Source: Octopus sinensis
Taxonomy: Eukaryota
DNA length: 41,881 bases
Assembly: GCF_006345805.1 (NCBI RefSeq)
Contig: NW_021835174.1
Span: forward strand, 1 to 41,881
Reading direction: 5' to 3'
Shown: in pieces, positions 22,151 to 33,779 of the stretch
Numbering within the stretch: the stretch's first letter is position 1
Layout of the letters: the number at the start of each line of letters is the position of its first letter
Translations under genes and position numbers: made by a program
The notes under the pieces: model-generated
The model's input: only the letters and a program-made list of their open reading frames with translations
Told to the model about the DNA's origin: nothing
Databases searched by the model: none

Positions 22151-22379
22151 TCCATTCCGTAACTCTTGTATAGCACTATATTTCGTACATTCGGCAACCC
22201 TAGTTGCCTACCGAGGAATATAAAAAACACCTCTAAGTTCATCGTTCTTCCATAATAAAAAAATAATCCGCAATATTCCGTCTGAATGAACCATTATTGT
22301 TTTTTTTTTATATTCACCACGGATTTGCTCGAAGCTAACTTTCTTCCTACACCTTGATCCTCGGATCATATATATATAT

Positions 22380-22560
22380 ATATAAAACTGAGAATGTGTG
22401 CCTGTCTGTCTGTCAGTGTGTCTGTTAGTGTGCATCACTGCAAATCGAGAACTACCCAACCGATTTCATTTAAATGTTACACATGCCTAACTTAGGGTCC
22501 ATGTAGTATCATGGGCAAACAAAATTCGCAAATTCTTGCCTCATGCAAGCCCGGGGCTAT
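22380..22560 (+). repeat. Helitron-like non-autonomous fragment
   Basis: tataaaactgagaatgtgtgcctgtctgtctgtc...aactacccaaccgatttcatt, with an internal (tgtc)n. Confidence 0.4.
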
Positions 22561-22719
22561 CTCTTATATCTTACACTATTTCAGTATTACGTGTCAAATG
22601 TGAAGCAATAAAATCTCTATTGTAATGTGAGATAATACTTTCACTATTAATACTGAAACTATTAAAAGTAGAACTATTATCACACTTACATATATACATG
22701 CATACACAGACACAAACAC

Positions 22720-23045
22720 ATATACTATGTATATATGTATATATATATATATACATTTATATATATGCATGTATATAAGTATATACATCTTCACATATAT
22801 GTATATATGTATATATATATGTTTATACATAGATCTATATGGATAAATAGATAGATATGCATACATGTATATATATATATCTATATGTAGATAAGTATAT
22901 ACATACGTGTATATATGCATATATAAATATGTATATATATGTGCATATATATGCGTATATATATGTGTGTATATATATATATGTATATACATATATGAAT
23001 ATATATTTTTGTATAAATATGTATATTTATGTATATATATATTTA

Positions 23046-23094
<49 letters not shown>

Positions 23095-23166
23095 ATATAT
23101 ATATATAAATAAGTATACATGCATATATGTGCACACACATACATGTGAACACACACATACATGTGA

Positions 23167-23261
<95 letters not shown>

Positions 23262-23280
23262 TCTATATTTATAATTTTAT
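22720..23280. repeat. Compound (TA)n/(CA)n/(GA)n microsatellite
   Basis: Seen directly in the sequence. Confidence 0.95.
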
Positions 23281-23299
23281 ATGTATAGATGTAAGCTAC

Positions 23300-23665
23300 A
23301 CCAATGCTAGAACGGGACGACACTGCATAATGCCAAAGATCCCACCAATGCCATCACGCTTCAGGACCAGTTTCTGCAACAGCCTGGGTTTCAAGGGCCC
23401 ACAGCGTTTTAATATTCTCCCAAAGAGTCTGAGGAACTTGAACAAAGTAGATGTCGCGATTTTAAATCAAAGCTGGACATCTTACTGTCAAGAGTCCCAG
23501 ATGAATCTACCTCACGGCAAGAGGTGCAAATGAGAGTAGCTGTATCAAACTCCATTCTTCACCAAGTGCCACATATTAGACGAGGTTCGTCGCAATAACA
23601 GTGTAGCACAAAACGGCGGTGCATCAGCATGGCCGCAGCTCTGAGCTGAAACTAGAAAAAAAAAG
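23300..23665 (+). mobile_element. 3' end of a CR1/L2-group LINE
   Basis: RTGRHCIMPKIP...NSLGFKGPQRFNILPKSLRNL...KSKLDILLSRVPDE...SNSILHQV, followed by a 3' UTR and an A-rich tail. Confidence 0.75.
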
Positions 23666-23698
23666 ATGTAGTTGAATAGATGTAAATGTATCTATGTA

Positions 23699-24968
23699 TC
23701 ATGTCATCCCATAATTTCTGTCCGATTTTACCTTTTTAATGAAATTTAATAGTATTTTAGAATATCTAATGGAATTAAAAATTATTTTTATGCATTAGTG
23801 TACATTTAAACTAATTAAATATTAATGTACACAATAATAGAATTAAGATTTCTTTGATTAAAACCCTTTCTAACATGGAAGTATCCAAAGCGCATTTAAG
23901 GCACATAAAGTTTTATGAATAAAAGAAAAAGGAAACTCTGCAGCTGAAGTGACTTGAAACATACACTGAGTTTATAGGAAAGAATGCTTGAATGAAAAAC
24001 TTGCAGAAGATGGTTTGCAAAATTCAGAAGTGGAATTTTTAGCCTTGATGATGAAGATCGAACAGGACGTCAAGTTGAGTTTGATGATAAGCTCCTAGAG
24101 GTAATACTTGAAGAAAATCCTGCAGTATCAGTTGCAGAATTGACAATAAAGCTTAGTTCAAACCATACAACTGTTTATCGTCATCTTCAAGAACTAGGAA
24201 AGGTTCCTAAACTTGGAAAATATATGCCTCATGAATTGTCCGAAAGCAACCGCAAATCCAGACTTGACATCTGATCTTCTCTCCATTCTCGCGAACTCAG
24301 TTCACCCATTTTGGATAGACTTGTGAATGGGGACGAAAAATGGATCTTCTAATCGAAATGTTAAACGTCGTAAACAGTGGCTTGGTAAAAGGGAAAAAGC
24401 TCAACCACAACCGAGAAGGGAACTTCATGGGAAAAAGGTTCTCTCTATCTGGTGGGATTGCAAAGGAGTAATTCCCTTTGAATTGGTAACACCTAATGCA
24501 ACAATCAATGCTCAAGTCTACTGTCAGCAATGAGAGCGTTTGAACCAAGCTTTGAAGAAAAATGACCCGCTTTAGTGAATCGAAAAGGAGTGATGTTTCA
24601 TCAGGACAATGCGTGACCCCATATTGCAAAGATCACATCACAGAAGATCGAAGAGTTTGGTTGAGAAAAAATTTCTCATCCACCTTATTCTCCTGACCTT
24701 GCTCCTTCAGACTACCATTTGTTTCGTAGTTTACGGAATCATTTGGGGGACATAACTTTTGCAAGCCAGGAGGTCGAAACTGACATTTCAGAGTTCTTCG
24801 CTTTGAAACCAAAAGAGTTTTACATTGATGGGATTAAAAAGGTGTAAATAGATGGAAGTCATGAATAAACAGAAAAAGTACATTGATGATTACATTTCAA
24901 TTAAATATAACATTTGATCATTTGTTTTCTTTATTCAAAATTCGGACAGAACTTAAAGGATGACCTGA
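23699..24968 (+). mobile_element. Mariner transposon, 1270 bp, degenerate transposase
   Basis: TIRs tcatgtcatcccataatttctgtccga / tcggacagaacttaaaggatgacctga with TA flanks. Motifs MPHEL, NGDEKW, HQDNA*PH and PPYSPDLAPSDYHLFRSL. Confidence 0.92.
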
Positions 24969-24972
24969 TATA

Positions 24973-26243
24973 CACTAGAGGTGTATGAAAAGTCTTGAGC
25001 CTCAAAGAAACAAAACATAGTACAAGACTTCTAATGATTTATTTTTCAACATAGTCCCCCTCGATGGCTGAACACTTTGTCCAGCGGTACTGAAGCGCCA
25101 TTATCCCAGCGTAGAGGAACTCTTTTGTTGGAGACTCCAAGAAATTTCCTACAGCATCTATGACGTCATTGTCACTGGCAAAATGGTGACCAGCCAGGGC
25201 TTTTTTCATTTTGGGGAATAGATGAAGTCAGAGGGGGCTAAGTCTGACGAATAAGGCGGATGGGGGGGGGGGTATGTTCATATCACAATCACGAATTGTT
25301 GCCATGGCAACCACTGAGATTTTGGCTGGAGCATTGTCGTGATGAAAAGGGACCTCTGGTGAGCATTCCCGGTCATTTTTCTTTGATTGCTTCTCAGAGG
25401 CGTTTCAGTAGCTGAGAATAATACAGCCCTGCCACGGTGTGACCCTTTTCAAGGTAATCGATCAGCAAGACACCTTGAGAATTCCCGAAAACACACACCG
25501 TGACCTTGCCAGCTGAAGGAATGACTGGCCTTCTTTAAGGGAGGAGAAGATGTGTATTTCCACTGCTTTGATTGTTCTTTGGCGTCAGGCTGGTAGTGAT
25601 GAACCTAACTTTCGTCCATAGTAATGAAACGAGCAAGAAAATTCTCTTCATCGACTTCAAACAGTTGCAGATTGCTTGTGGACAAAGTGCGCCTGGTGCG
25701 TTTCTGTACAGGAGTCAAAAGGCGAGGGACCCACCTTGCAGAAACCTTTGAGACCCCAAGTTCTTTTGTCACAATGTTGTCTGCTCTTTCAGTTTAGATA
25801 CCCAGTATCTCAGCTATTCGACGATCTTGCATTATCATACCAAGAGTAAGGTCAATCTTGTCCTCTGTGGTTGCAGTTGGAGGTCTCTCAGGTGTGGAAT
25901 CATCTTCCACATTCCCCTGCCACGCTGGAATTCATTTACCCAGCGTTTGACTGTTGCATATGAAGGAGAATTGTCTGTTAAGGTTCTCAACATATCTTCA
26001 TGAATTTCTGATGGAGTCATGCCTTTCAAATCGAGGTACTTTTTGACAGCGCGATACTCAGTTTTGTCCATTTTCCTTGTAACCTCGAGACTTGTTTTTC
26101 AAAAATCTGAAACAAAAGATTAAAATAACATAATCAAGAAAATGAACAAGAATACTCCGAAAGACTGTACGTACCAGAAAAAATGTTTCAGATACCTAGC
26201 AGCCATGTCCAAGTTAGGCTTAAAACGTTTCATACACCCTTCG
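24973..26243 (-). mobile_element. Mariner transposon (irritans-like), degenerate
   Basis: TIRs ggtgtatgaaaagtcttgagcct / aggcttaaaacgtttcatacacc. ORF MDKTEYRAVKKYLDLKGMTPSEIHEDM...ATVKRWVNEFQRGR. Confidence 0.88.
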
Positions 26244-26276
26244 CATATAGATGTATATATAGAGATTTGTATGTAT

Positions 26277-26369
<93 letters not shown>

Positions 26370-26372
<3 letters not shown>

Positions 26373-27390
26373 CGAATTAGGATAGGTTTTTCTAACACAA
26401 AAAATCTTTCACAGATCATCTCTTCATATAACAATAAGTTGTTAAATACAAATCCACTTAATGAAAATGCTAACATCTTTTTTGTTAACACTAACCATTC
26501 TTCAAATAATAATAACAACAGGGTTATTATTTCTGAAGTCGACTCCAATTGCATTCGTTTTTTTTTAACAGTAATTCTAAAACTAGAAACACTCTTTATT
26601 AATGTAAAAATACTTCTGGGTCTGACGTCTTTTTTTTATATAGGTTGTTGTTAATCTCAGTTAATTAAAAGAATATCTAATCATTACTCTACATTTAGGC
26701 ATATCAATAAACGTAATAATACTGGGCTTAGTAAATTAATCTGGTATCTAAAAGAGCATGATAAATAATTTGATTTGGAATGGAACATTCTCTCTATTTC
26801 TTACTGTATGACAAAGGTAAATCTTTTTGTTTCGCTTTGTAATAGTGAAATGTTTTTTTTATCCTATGCTCAAAGAATCTCCTTGTAAAGACGTTTTATA
26901 GAATGCGTTTAATCACTGCAAACATTAGCAGAAATATACCTTTAGTTCCTATAAGTGATTTCTACCATTCTATAAAATTCGACCTTTGACAGTCTTCTTA
27001 CATTTCACTACCACTAAGTATATCTACTCCCTTGCCTTTAAATTTATTCTAATTCACCTATCGCTCTAAATCCTTCACTATTAGTTTACTGCTATTTCTT
27101 TTCCTTCCTTTCGCCTCCTTCTTTTTCTATAAACTACCTTTGACGTTATATCTATTAACAGTTCTTTAAAAAAAACCCAACTTTATAGCGTTCCCTTCAT
27201 TATATACAGAGTCATCTCATCCTGGTTGAAATGTCTTATTGGTGGGTTTGGTTTCTTTCTTTCCTCATGAGAAGATTGCATTGTTTCACACCATTTTATT
27301 CTTTCTAGAATAATACCAATGTTATCTTCGAAACATATGTCGGAAGTAAAAGAAATTGAATAACACCTGCGTTTAACTCTATTTATTTAT
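26370..27390 (+). mobile_element. Penelope-like element 3' relic: linker, GIY-YIG C-terminus, 3' UTR and hammerhead
   Basis: RIGFSNTKNLSQIISSYNNKLL and FRHINKRNNTGLSKLIWYLK...FDLEWNILS...YDKGKSFC..CNSE, then a pyrimidine-rich UTR. Confidence 0.85.
27259..27346 (+). ncRNA. Type I hammerhead with mutated core (CUCAUGA)
   Basis: ctttc-CTCATGA-gaagattgcattg...caatgttatcttc-GAAA-catatg-TC-ggaag. The stems are intact and G5 is changed to C. Confidence 0.75.
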
Positions 27391-27426
27391 CCATATATAC
27401 ATATATAACCAATATGTATATAGACG

Positions 27427-27457
<31 letters not shown>

Positions 27458-27601
27458 TATATATATGCATATATATACATATATATATATTATATATATA
27501 TATATATATGCATATATATACATGTATATATACATATATTATATATATATATATATGATATATATATATTATATATATATATATATATATACACACCCAT
27601 A

Positions 27602-27653
<52 letters not shown>

Positions 27654-27664
27654 TATATATATGT

Positions 27665-28125
27665 TGTTGTTGGCATCCTTTTGTCTCGGGAGACAATGAG
27701 ATGAGCATAAAAAAGTCTGGGTTTTACATTTCATGTCATTTACATCTCCTGCTGCTACCCCCAACCATTGTTTTTCTGCACTTTTTACAACAACAGCATT
27801 GAAGTGTCCTCTCCAGTTTCCTCTCCAGTTTTGCGCAGGCCTGAGTTAGATGTAAGAAAATCCTGGGTAGCCCAATCGTCTATTCCTCTCTCGACCTTGC
27901 TGACGTAGTTCAAAGTAGTGCAGAGCATTACGTTTGTATCGAATCGAAGAGTGTCGAGTCGAATACTAAACCGCCTACAGGTCTCCACTCCGGATTTCTT
28001 TGAAGGTGTCTCCTTTCCGTAACACTGGGTGGGGCCCATACCGGGTGCTGTCAGCCGGAGCCAGCTGAGCCCGGGATTCGTGTCTGGCAGGGTCGTCAAT
28101 TCCTGAAGTAGTAGAGGAAATCGCT
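27665..28125 (+). mobile_element. Probable 5' UTR of an RTE-type LINE, or a derived SINE
   Basis: ggcatccttttgtctcgggagacaatg and aggtctccactccggattt resemble RTE/BovB-type 5' ends as I recall them. It is a GC-rich island between TA microsatellites. Confidence 0.4.
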
Positions 28126-28184
28126 ACCCACTACCTATATATAATGTATATATACATATATACATATGGATATATATATACACA

Positions 28185-28217
<33 letters not shown>

Positions 28218-28499
28218 CTTGTATATATATATATATATATATATATAGATATATATACATATATACATATATATATGCATGTATAAATGTGTATATATAT
28301 AATTAAATATACATATATGTATATATATATATATACTTATATACACGGACAACACAAATACACACACACACAAACACAAACACACACACAAATATAAACA
28401 CACACACACATACATATATATTGTGTCTGAGGAGAGTCATTCTCTTTAAGCGCCTTATTATATATATGTATGCGTGTATTGCAAGATAGATGTAAAAAG

Positions 28500-28660
28500 A
28501 TAGGCTTCCACACAGTTTCTCTGTACTATTAATAATTCACTCACAAGGCTTAGGGTGGCCTGGAAATATAACCGAAGGCACTTGCCATATGGTGCCATGT
28601 TGTGGGACTGAAGCTAAAACCATGCGGATGCAAAGGGAGCTTCTTCACCACACAAGCTTT
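28500..28660 (-). mobile_element. SINE head fragment of octopus type
   Basis: attcactcacaaggctt...gcacttgcc...gtgccatgttgtgggactgaa...accatgcgg...caccacac. Confidence 0.6.
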
Positions 28661-28867
28661 GTCCGGACATGTTATCTACTTCACTGCATTCATGTTAAGA
28701 GATGAAAGGAGAGAAAGCAGTTAATGTGCAGCTATTCAAGCATAAGATATGCAGAAATCAACAATAGAAATAACGAACGTCGATCACTGAGATAAGGCGA
28801 AGGAAAGGGAATTTTAATATCTTACGTCATAGAGATAGATTAACTTTGCGTGTATAAACATGTACTT

Positions 28868-28934
<67 letters not shown>

Positions 28935-28938
<4 letters not shown>

Positions 28939-29290
28939 TAGTTGAATGAATTATCTTAGTATGGATAATTCGGTTAACCGATACCTGGGCAGCAAATTCA
29001 CGTCAGAAAAACACGGTTGAAGCTACATGCCAAGGGCAGAGATCACGTGCTTTCGTGTGGAAATTTGTGTTTTTTTAAATACAAATAAATGAAAGAATGG
29101 AGTTGAACGACGATTTAACAAAATTCCTTTATTCTCGATATGTTTCGAAGGCTGCATGTTCCTATTTCGAAGGAATAAGGGGTGCATTATGCCGCCTTCT
29201 CATCAGGAAAACAAGGAACTTATGTCAGCATCAAGATGAACAAAAGCTCTTAGATGACTGCCCACACGGAGCCCATAGCGATAATGAGTG
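28935..29290 (-). repeat. Penelope-type pLTR copy homologous to 13946-14270
   Basis: Colinear reverse-complement similarity (cacggttgaagctac, gaaagaatggagttgaacgac, tttcgaaggctgcat, ctcatcaggaaaa). Confidence 0.85.
29131..29211 (-). ncRNA. Type I hammerhead with 2-nt deletion in stem III
   Basis: ttttc-CTGATGA-gaaggc...gccttc-GAAA-cata-TC-gagaat. The acatatgt palindrome is shortened. Confidence 0.7.
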
Positions 29291-29469
29291 TTTCTTTAAA
29301 ATATTCCGTTATAATAGTGACGTCAAAAATGGTTGAATTTAGAAGATTCTGGAGAGCTCAAGGGTTCAAACTAGGTTGGAGGAGAGAGGTCTAAGAATAG
29401 GAAGGTGACAGGGTGCAAGTCATATGAATGGTGATTTGTTGTTGTTTTCTTTTGTGATTGAGTGTCTAT

Positions 29470-29800
29470 GTGTGTACCGATGTCTTCTACATTGGGGCAA
29501 CTACTTCTAAATTAGCCCAGAGGATCTCCAATCATTATTCAACGTTCCGAGATAAGAGAAAACCACAAAGCACAGGACTAAGTAAATTAATTTGGCGTCT
29601 TAAGGACAGCAATACAACTTTCAAGCTGGAATGGTCCATATTGTCCGTATCCTTTCCGTTTGATAAGGGCAGAAAATTTTGTGGCGTCTGTAATTCCGAA
29701 CTTTTCCATATATTGTTCGCCAAATTCCCTTTAATTAATACAATGATTGAAAAATCCTATAGGTGCATGCACAGGCAGAAACACACCTTTCACTCAAGGA
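29470..29800 (+). pseudogene. Penelope-like GIY-YIG endonuclease domain, 5'-truncated
   Basis: FYIGATTSKLAQRISNHYSTFRDKRKPQSTGLSKLIWRLKD...LEWSIL...FDKGRKFCGVCNSE...CMHRQKH. Confidence 0.9.
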
Positions 29801-31265
29801 ACATGATTAGCTTCTTGCAGACTATTCGTTCCATGACTTTGCTGATGTGTGAGGTCAGAGAGATAGGCCTATAATATTTAGCATCTACTCTGCTACCTCC
29901 CTTATGGATAGGGCATATTACCCTTTCTTTCAATTTGACTGGGAGCTTACCACTTGCAAGAAAGCTCTGAAAAAGAAGCTGTAGCGATTTTGCAAGGGCT
30001 CGTTTGCACGATTTGAGAAGAATCGCTGGAAATCCATCAGGTCCAGCAGCTGAGTTTGTGTCAATCTCATCTATGGCTAGTGTGATATCAGCATCTTCAA
30101 TGTTGATGTACTCAATTTTTTGCCTCTTTGGCCGTAGGTAAAGTGGCAAAGAATTCTTCTGGGTTGTTTACTTGCCTGTGTCCTAGAGGTGTAATGAACC
30201 ACTTTGGAATTGTTCGTTCAGTATTCACTTATCCTCGTGGGATTTCTGTGAGAGAGCCATCTTTTTGAAGAGAGGTCCTATTTTCTGGTGCACTGTGGCT
30301 GTCTCTTTGGCAAACTTAAAGAAAGCTTTAGGGTTTGATTTTATATTTTCTATTACCCAAGCTTCTTTATTTGCTCTCTCTCTCTTTCATGGGACTGATG
30401 CAGACTTTTCTCAATTTCCATTAGCATTCTCTCGAGCCGATACTTCTCACCACTTTTGGTGTGCTTGCTCAGGCGGTTCGCAATCCTTGTCCGTCGTCTC
30501 ATCTCATAAGAATCTTCCTTTCTCTAGGGATCCTGTTTTTTTTTTGTGTTGCTGGCCCTGCACACTGGGACATATTTGTCACATATGGCTTGTATTATGG
30601 ACATGAATGTTTTGTGTTTCATGTTAATGTCCGGTGTGGAGAGACATTTAGGCCAATCCTGTTTGAGGATCTCTTTCTCAATCAATTCCAGTTTGCTTTA
30701 TGAAAGTTTAAGGTTGGAGAGATGGTGGATGCTTCGTATAGGCTGTGTGTCTACGGGGGATTTTTGTCCATACAAAGACAGCTCTATTATGTTGTGATCC
30801 GAGATCATTGTCGGCATCACTTTAACATTATGGGTAATATTCATATTGTTTGTGAAGCAGAGATCCAGTATATTATCTGCCCTTGTTGGTTGTAGAACTA
30901 TTTGCTCCGTGAAAGACGCATTTGTGAGATGGAGCAGAGACTCTGCCTGCGCCTGCTGATGATGTGTCATCCCTGAGAGCATCTGTTCCCCAGGCCATTC
31001 CACATTGGGGAAGTTAAAGTCATCCATGAAGAATACACTGTTGTGTTGTTCAAGATTGGTGAGGACTTCTATTTTTGTTAGGCAGTCTTCAAACATGCAT
31101 GAGTGATTTGGGGCATCTGGTGGGCGATATGTAGTGCATATGACGATATTCAGTTGTCTTATGTGTACAATTTGGGTGTCACACACTGAGTTTGAATATG
31201 ACAACAGGACCTGGGGAGTGAGGTCATCTCGGATGTACATTGCAACTCCACCATGGCTCCTCTCT
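29790..31265 (-). pseudogene. CR1/L2-group LINE ORF2 fragment: APE endonuclease and start of RT
   Basis: YRPPD, MDDFNFPNVEW, PTRADNILDLCFTN and SDHNII (APE); SAAGPDGFPAILLK and YRPISLTSHISKVMERIV (RT domains 0-1). Confidence 0.92.
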
Positions 31266-31305
31266 TTTTATATATATATTATGATAATAATAATATAATA
31301 ATAAT

Positions 31306-33290
31306 GGACATCTTCAAAATTTCCCCTGTGATTTCAACTTCCTGAAGCACAATATGTCGTTGTGGAATACGAATCTCCAATTATATCACTCTAATGGAGT
31401 ACTTGCCTCAGAAAATATAAACATCAACTGTGGAATTTTTCAAGGTGACTCACTTTCACCTTTAATATTCTGCATAGCCCTAATACCCCTTACAAGTGAA
31501 TTAAACAGAACAGGGTATGGGTATAAAATTGCCAATAAAAAAATAAGCCATCTATTTTATATGGTTGACTTAAAACTTTATGGTAAAGACAATAATGAAC
31601 TTGAAGGCCTATTGCGCACCGTGAAAGCATTCAGCGATGACATCGGGATGGAGTTTGGACTTGAGAAGTGTGCCAAGGCCACTTTCCAGAAAGGGAAAGT
31701 GAAGACCACAAATTCAGTCGTGTTAGAGAGTTGACACAGTCATAAGAGAGCTTGAGCAAGAACAAACATACAAATATTTAGGGATAATGAAGGCTCTGGT
31801 ATTCAGCATGCAAGCATGAAAGAGAAATCAGGAAGGAATGTTATAGGAGAGTTCGTGCAGTCCTGAAATCTGAACTAAATGCACGTAACAGGGTGTTAGC
31901 TATAAATTCCTTAGCAGTTCCAGTTGTTACTACTTATAGCTACAATGTGTTGAACTGGAATATGAGTGAAGTAAAGAATATAGATAGGAAAATACGCAAG
32001 CTGCTGAGTTGTAATTGGATGCACCACCCAAAGGCAAACGTAGATCGCCTTTACCTTCTCAGAGCCCAAGGAGGTCGAGGCCTGATCCAATTTGAACTAG
32101 CTTACAAAACAACCACAATTGGACTGGCCAAATATCTCGAAATATCGAATGACTGGATGCTAAAGCTCGTGGAAAATCACGAGAGACGAAAGAAGCTTCA
32201 TTCTATCATAAGGAAAGCAAAACATTTGCTATTGATCTCGTGCAGGATACCCAAACAGAACAACCCGAGGGAAGTACGGCAACTATTGTTGCAAAGAAGG
32301 TGAAAATGATGGCAATGAAAAAAGCGCACGATAGGTTGATAGGTGGGAGGAGAAACCTCTGCACGGCAAATATGTGACCCGTAGCAAACAAGCTGATGTT
32401 GACCAGAAGCAAACCCATCAGTGGCTACGGAACTCAGGGCTAAAAGCAGAGAGCAAAGGTTTCATCCTGGCTGCTCAAGATCAAAGCCTATTAACCCGGA
32501 ACTACCAGGCCAATGTGATGAAAAATGGAGCAGACCCAAAATGCCGATTCTGCAACGACATGATTGAAACAGTGGACCACCTAATCTCTGGATGTAAAGT
32601 CTTAGCACCAGTGGAGTATAAATTAAGACATGACAGAGTTGGCCAATATCTCCACTGGCTAATAAGTCGGCATTACAATATCAAAACTGCCGACAAGTGG
32701 TATAATCCCCACCCTGAGGCTGTAACTGAAGGAGAAAATGTAACCATTCTGTGGGACTTTCTAGTACATACAGACCGAACCATCAAGGCCAATAAACCAG
32801 ATATTGTTGTGAAAGACCAAAACAATAAAGTTTGCTTATTGATCGACATGAGCATCCCCTGTGATCATAATATCTCAGCGAAAGAGTTGACAAGCTCAGA
32901 AAAATAAAGACCTACTCATTGAAATTGAGAAAATGTGGCATCTCAAGGCGGTTACAATACCAGTGATCGTAGGAGCACTAGGAATGATCAAGAAGGGAAC
33001 CGAAAATTATATGAGAATGATCCCTGGCTACCATCCCTGCAAGAAGTGCAAAAGATTGTCTTAACTGGTACATCACACGTATTGAGAAGAGCATTGTCGA
33101 TGTGAGAACTGTGCTGCTCATGTATTTTTAATTTAACTTAAAAAAAAATTGAAAAAAAAAAAAAATGAACGAACTACTGAGATTGGTTTATGGCCTACCA
33201 ATGTATACTATGAGTTTCTTTGCCTAGGAGTCGGGAAGACACTCGGCAAGAAATGGAAGCAAATTTGAAAGAAGAAAAAAAAATAATAAT
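31306..33290 (+). mobile_element. R4/Dong-clade non-LTR element, 5'-truncated, frameshifted RT-ZnF-REL
   Basis: GIFQGDSLSP, HLFYMVDLKLY, CRFC..ETVDHLISGC, RHDRV, NKPDIVV, LIDMSIP and VIVGALG. It is flanked by (TAA)-rich tracts. Confidence 0.92.
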
Positions 33291-33695
33291 AATATTATAT
33301 ATATATATATATATATTATCAATTTTTTATGTAACCATGTAAATGAGAAACCAGGCAACTGAAAAAAAATATTTACATTGTTACATCAAAAATTGATATT
33401 ATATATCTCAATTTTTGAGAAACCAGGCAACTGAAAAGAAATATTTACATATAAACATTAACAACTTATACCTAAAAAGGATTGATCTTTCTGGAGAATA
33501 TTGACAGGATATATATATATACAGACCAGAAAATTGTAAACTTTATACAAATTATAAAGTAGTTACTATTTCTTTTCAAATGTGTTTTTACCCTTTTTTG
33601 TAGCAGTAGTTTACTTTTCAATTCTAATGTTCTTGCGTTTCTTGCAGATGTTCGCTCAATTCATCGATAAAATTATTCAAATTTTGTATTTCATC

Positions 33696-33727
<32 letters not shown>

Positions 33728-33779
33728 CATTATATTATTATTATTATCATTATGATTATTATTATATTATTATTCAGTA

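Noticed and set aside
22594-23236. Long ORFs rich in Y/I/C/V/H (also 15903-16178, 20216-20598, 26142-26380, 27387-27802, 28215-28415)
   Set aside because: They are translations of (TA)n and (CA)n microsatellites, which lack stops in some frames. They are not genes.
33345-33450. Two ~73-bp direct repeats starting gagaaaccaggcaactgaaaa
   Set aside because: A simple local duplication in AT-rich DNA with no further structure.
33630-33690. Possible splice acceptor (tttcttgcag) and micro-exon of a host gene
   Set aside because: No convincing donor site, no recognisable peptide and no other exons.
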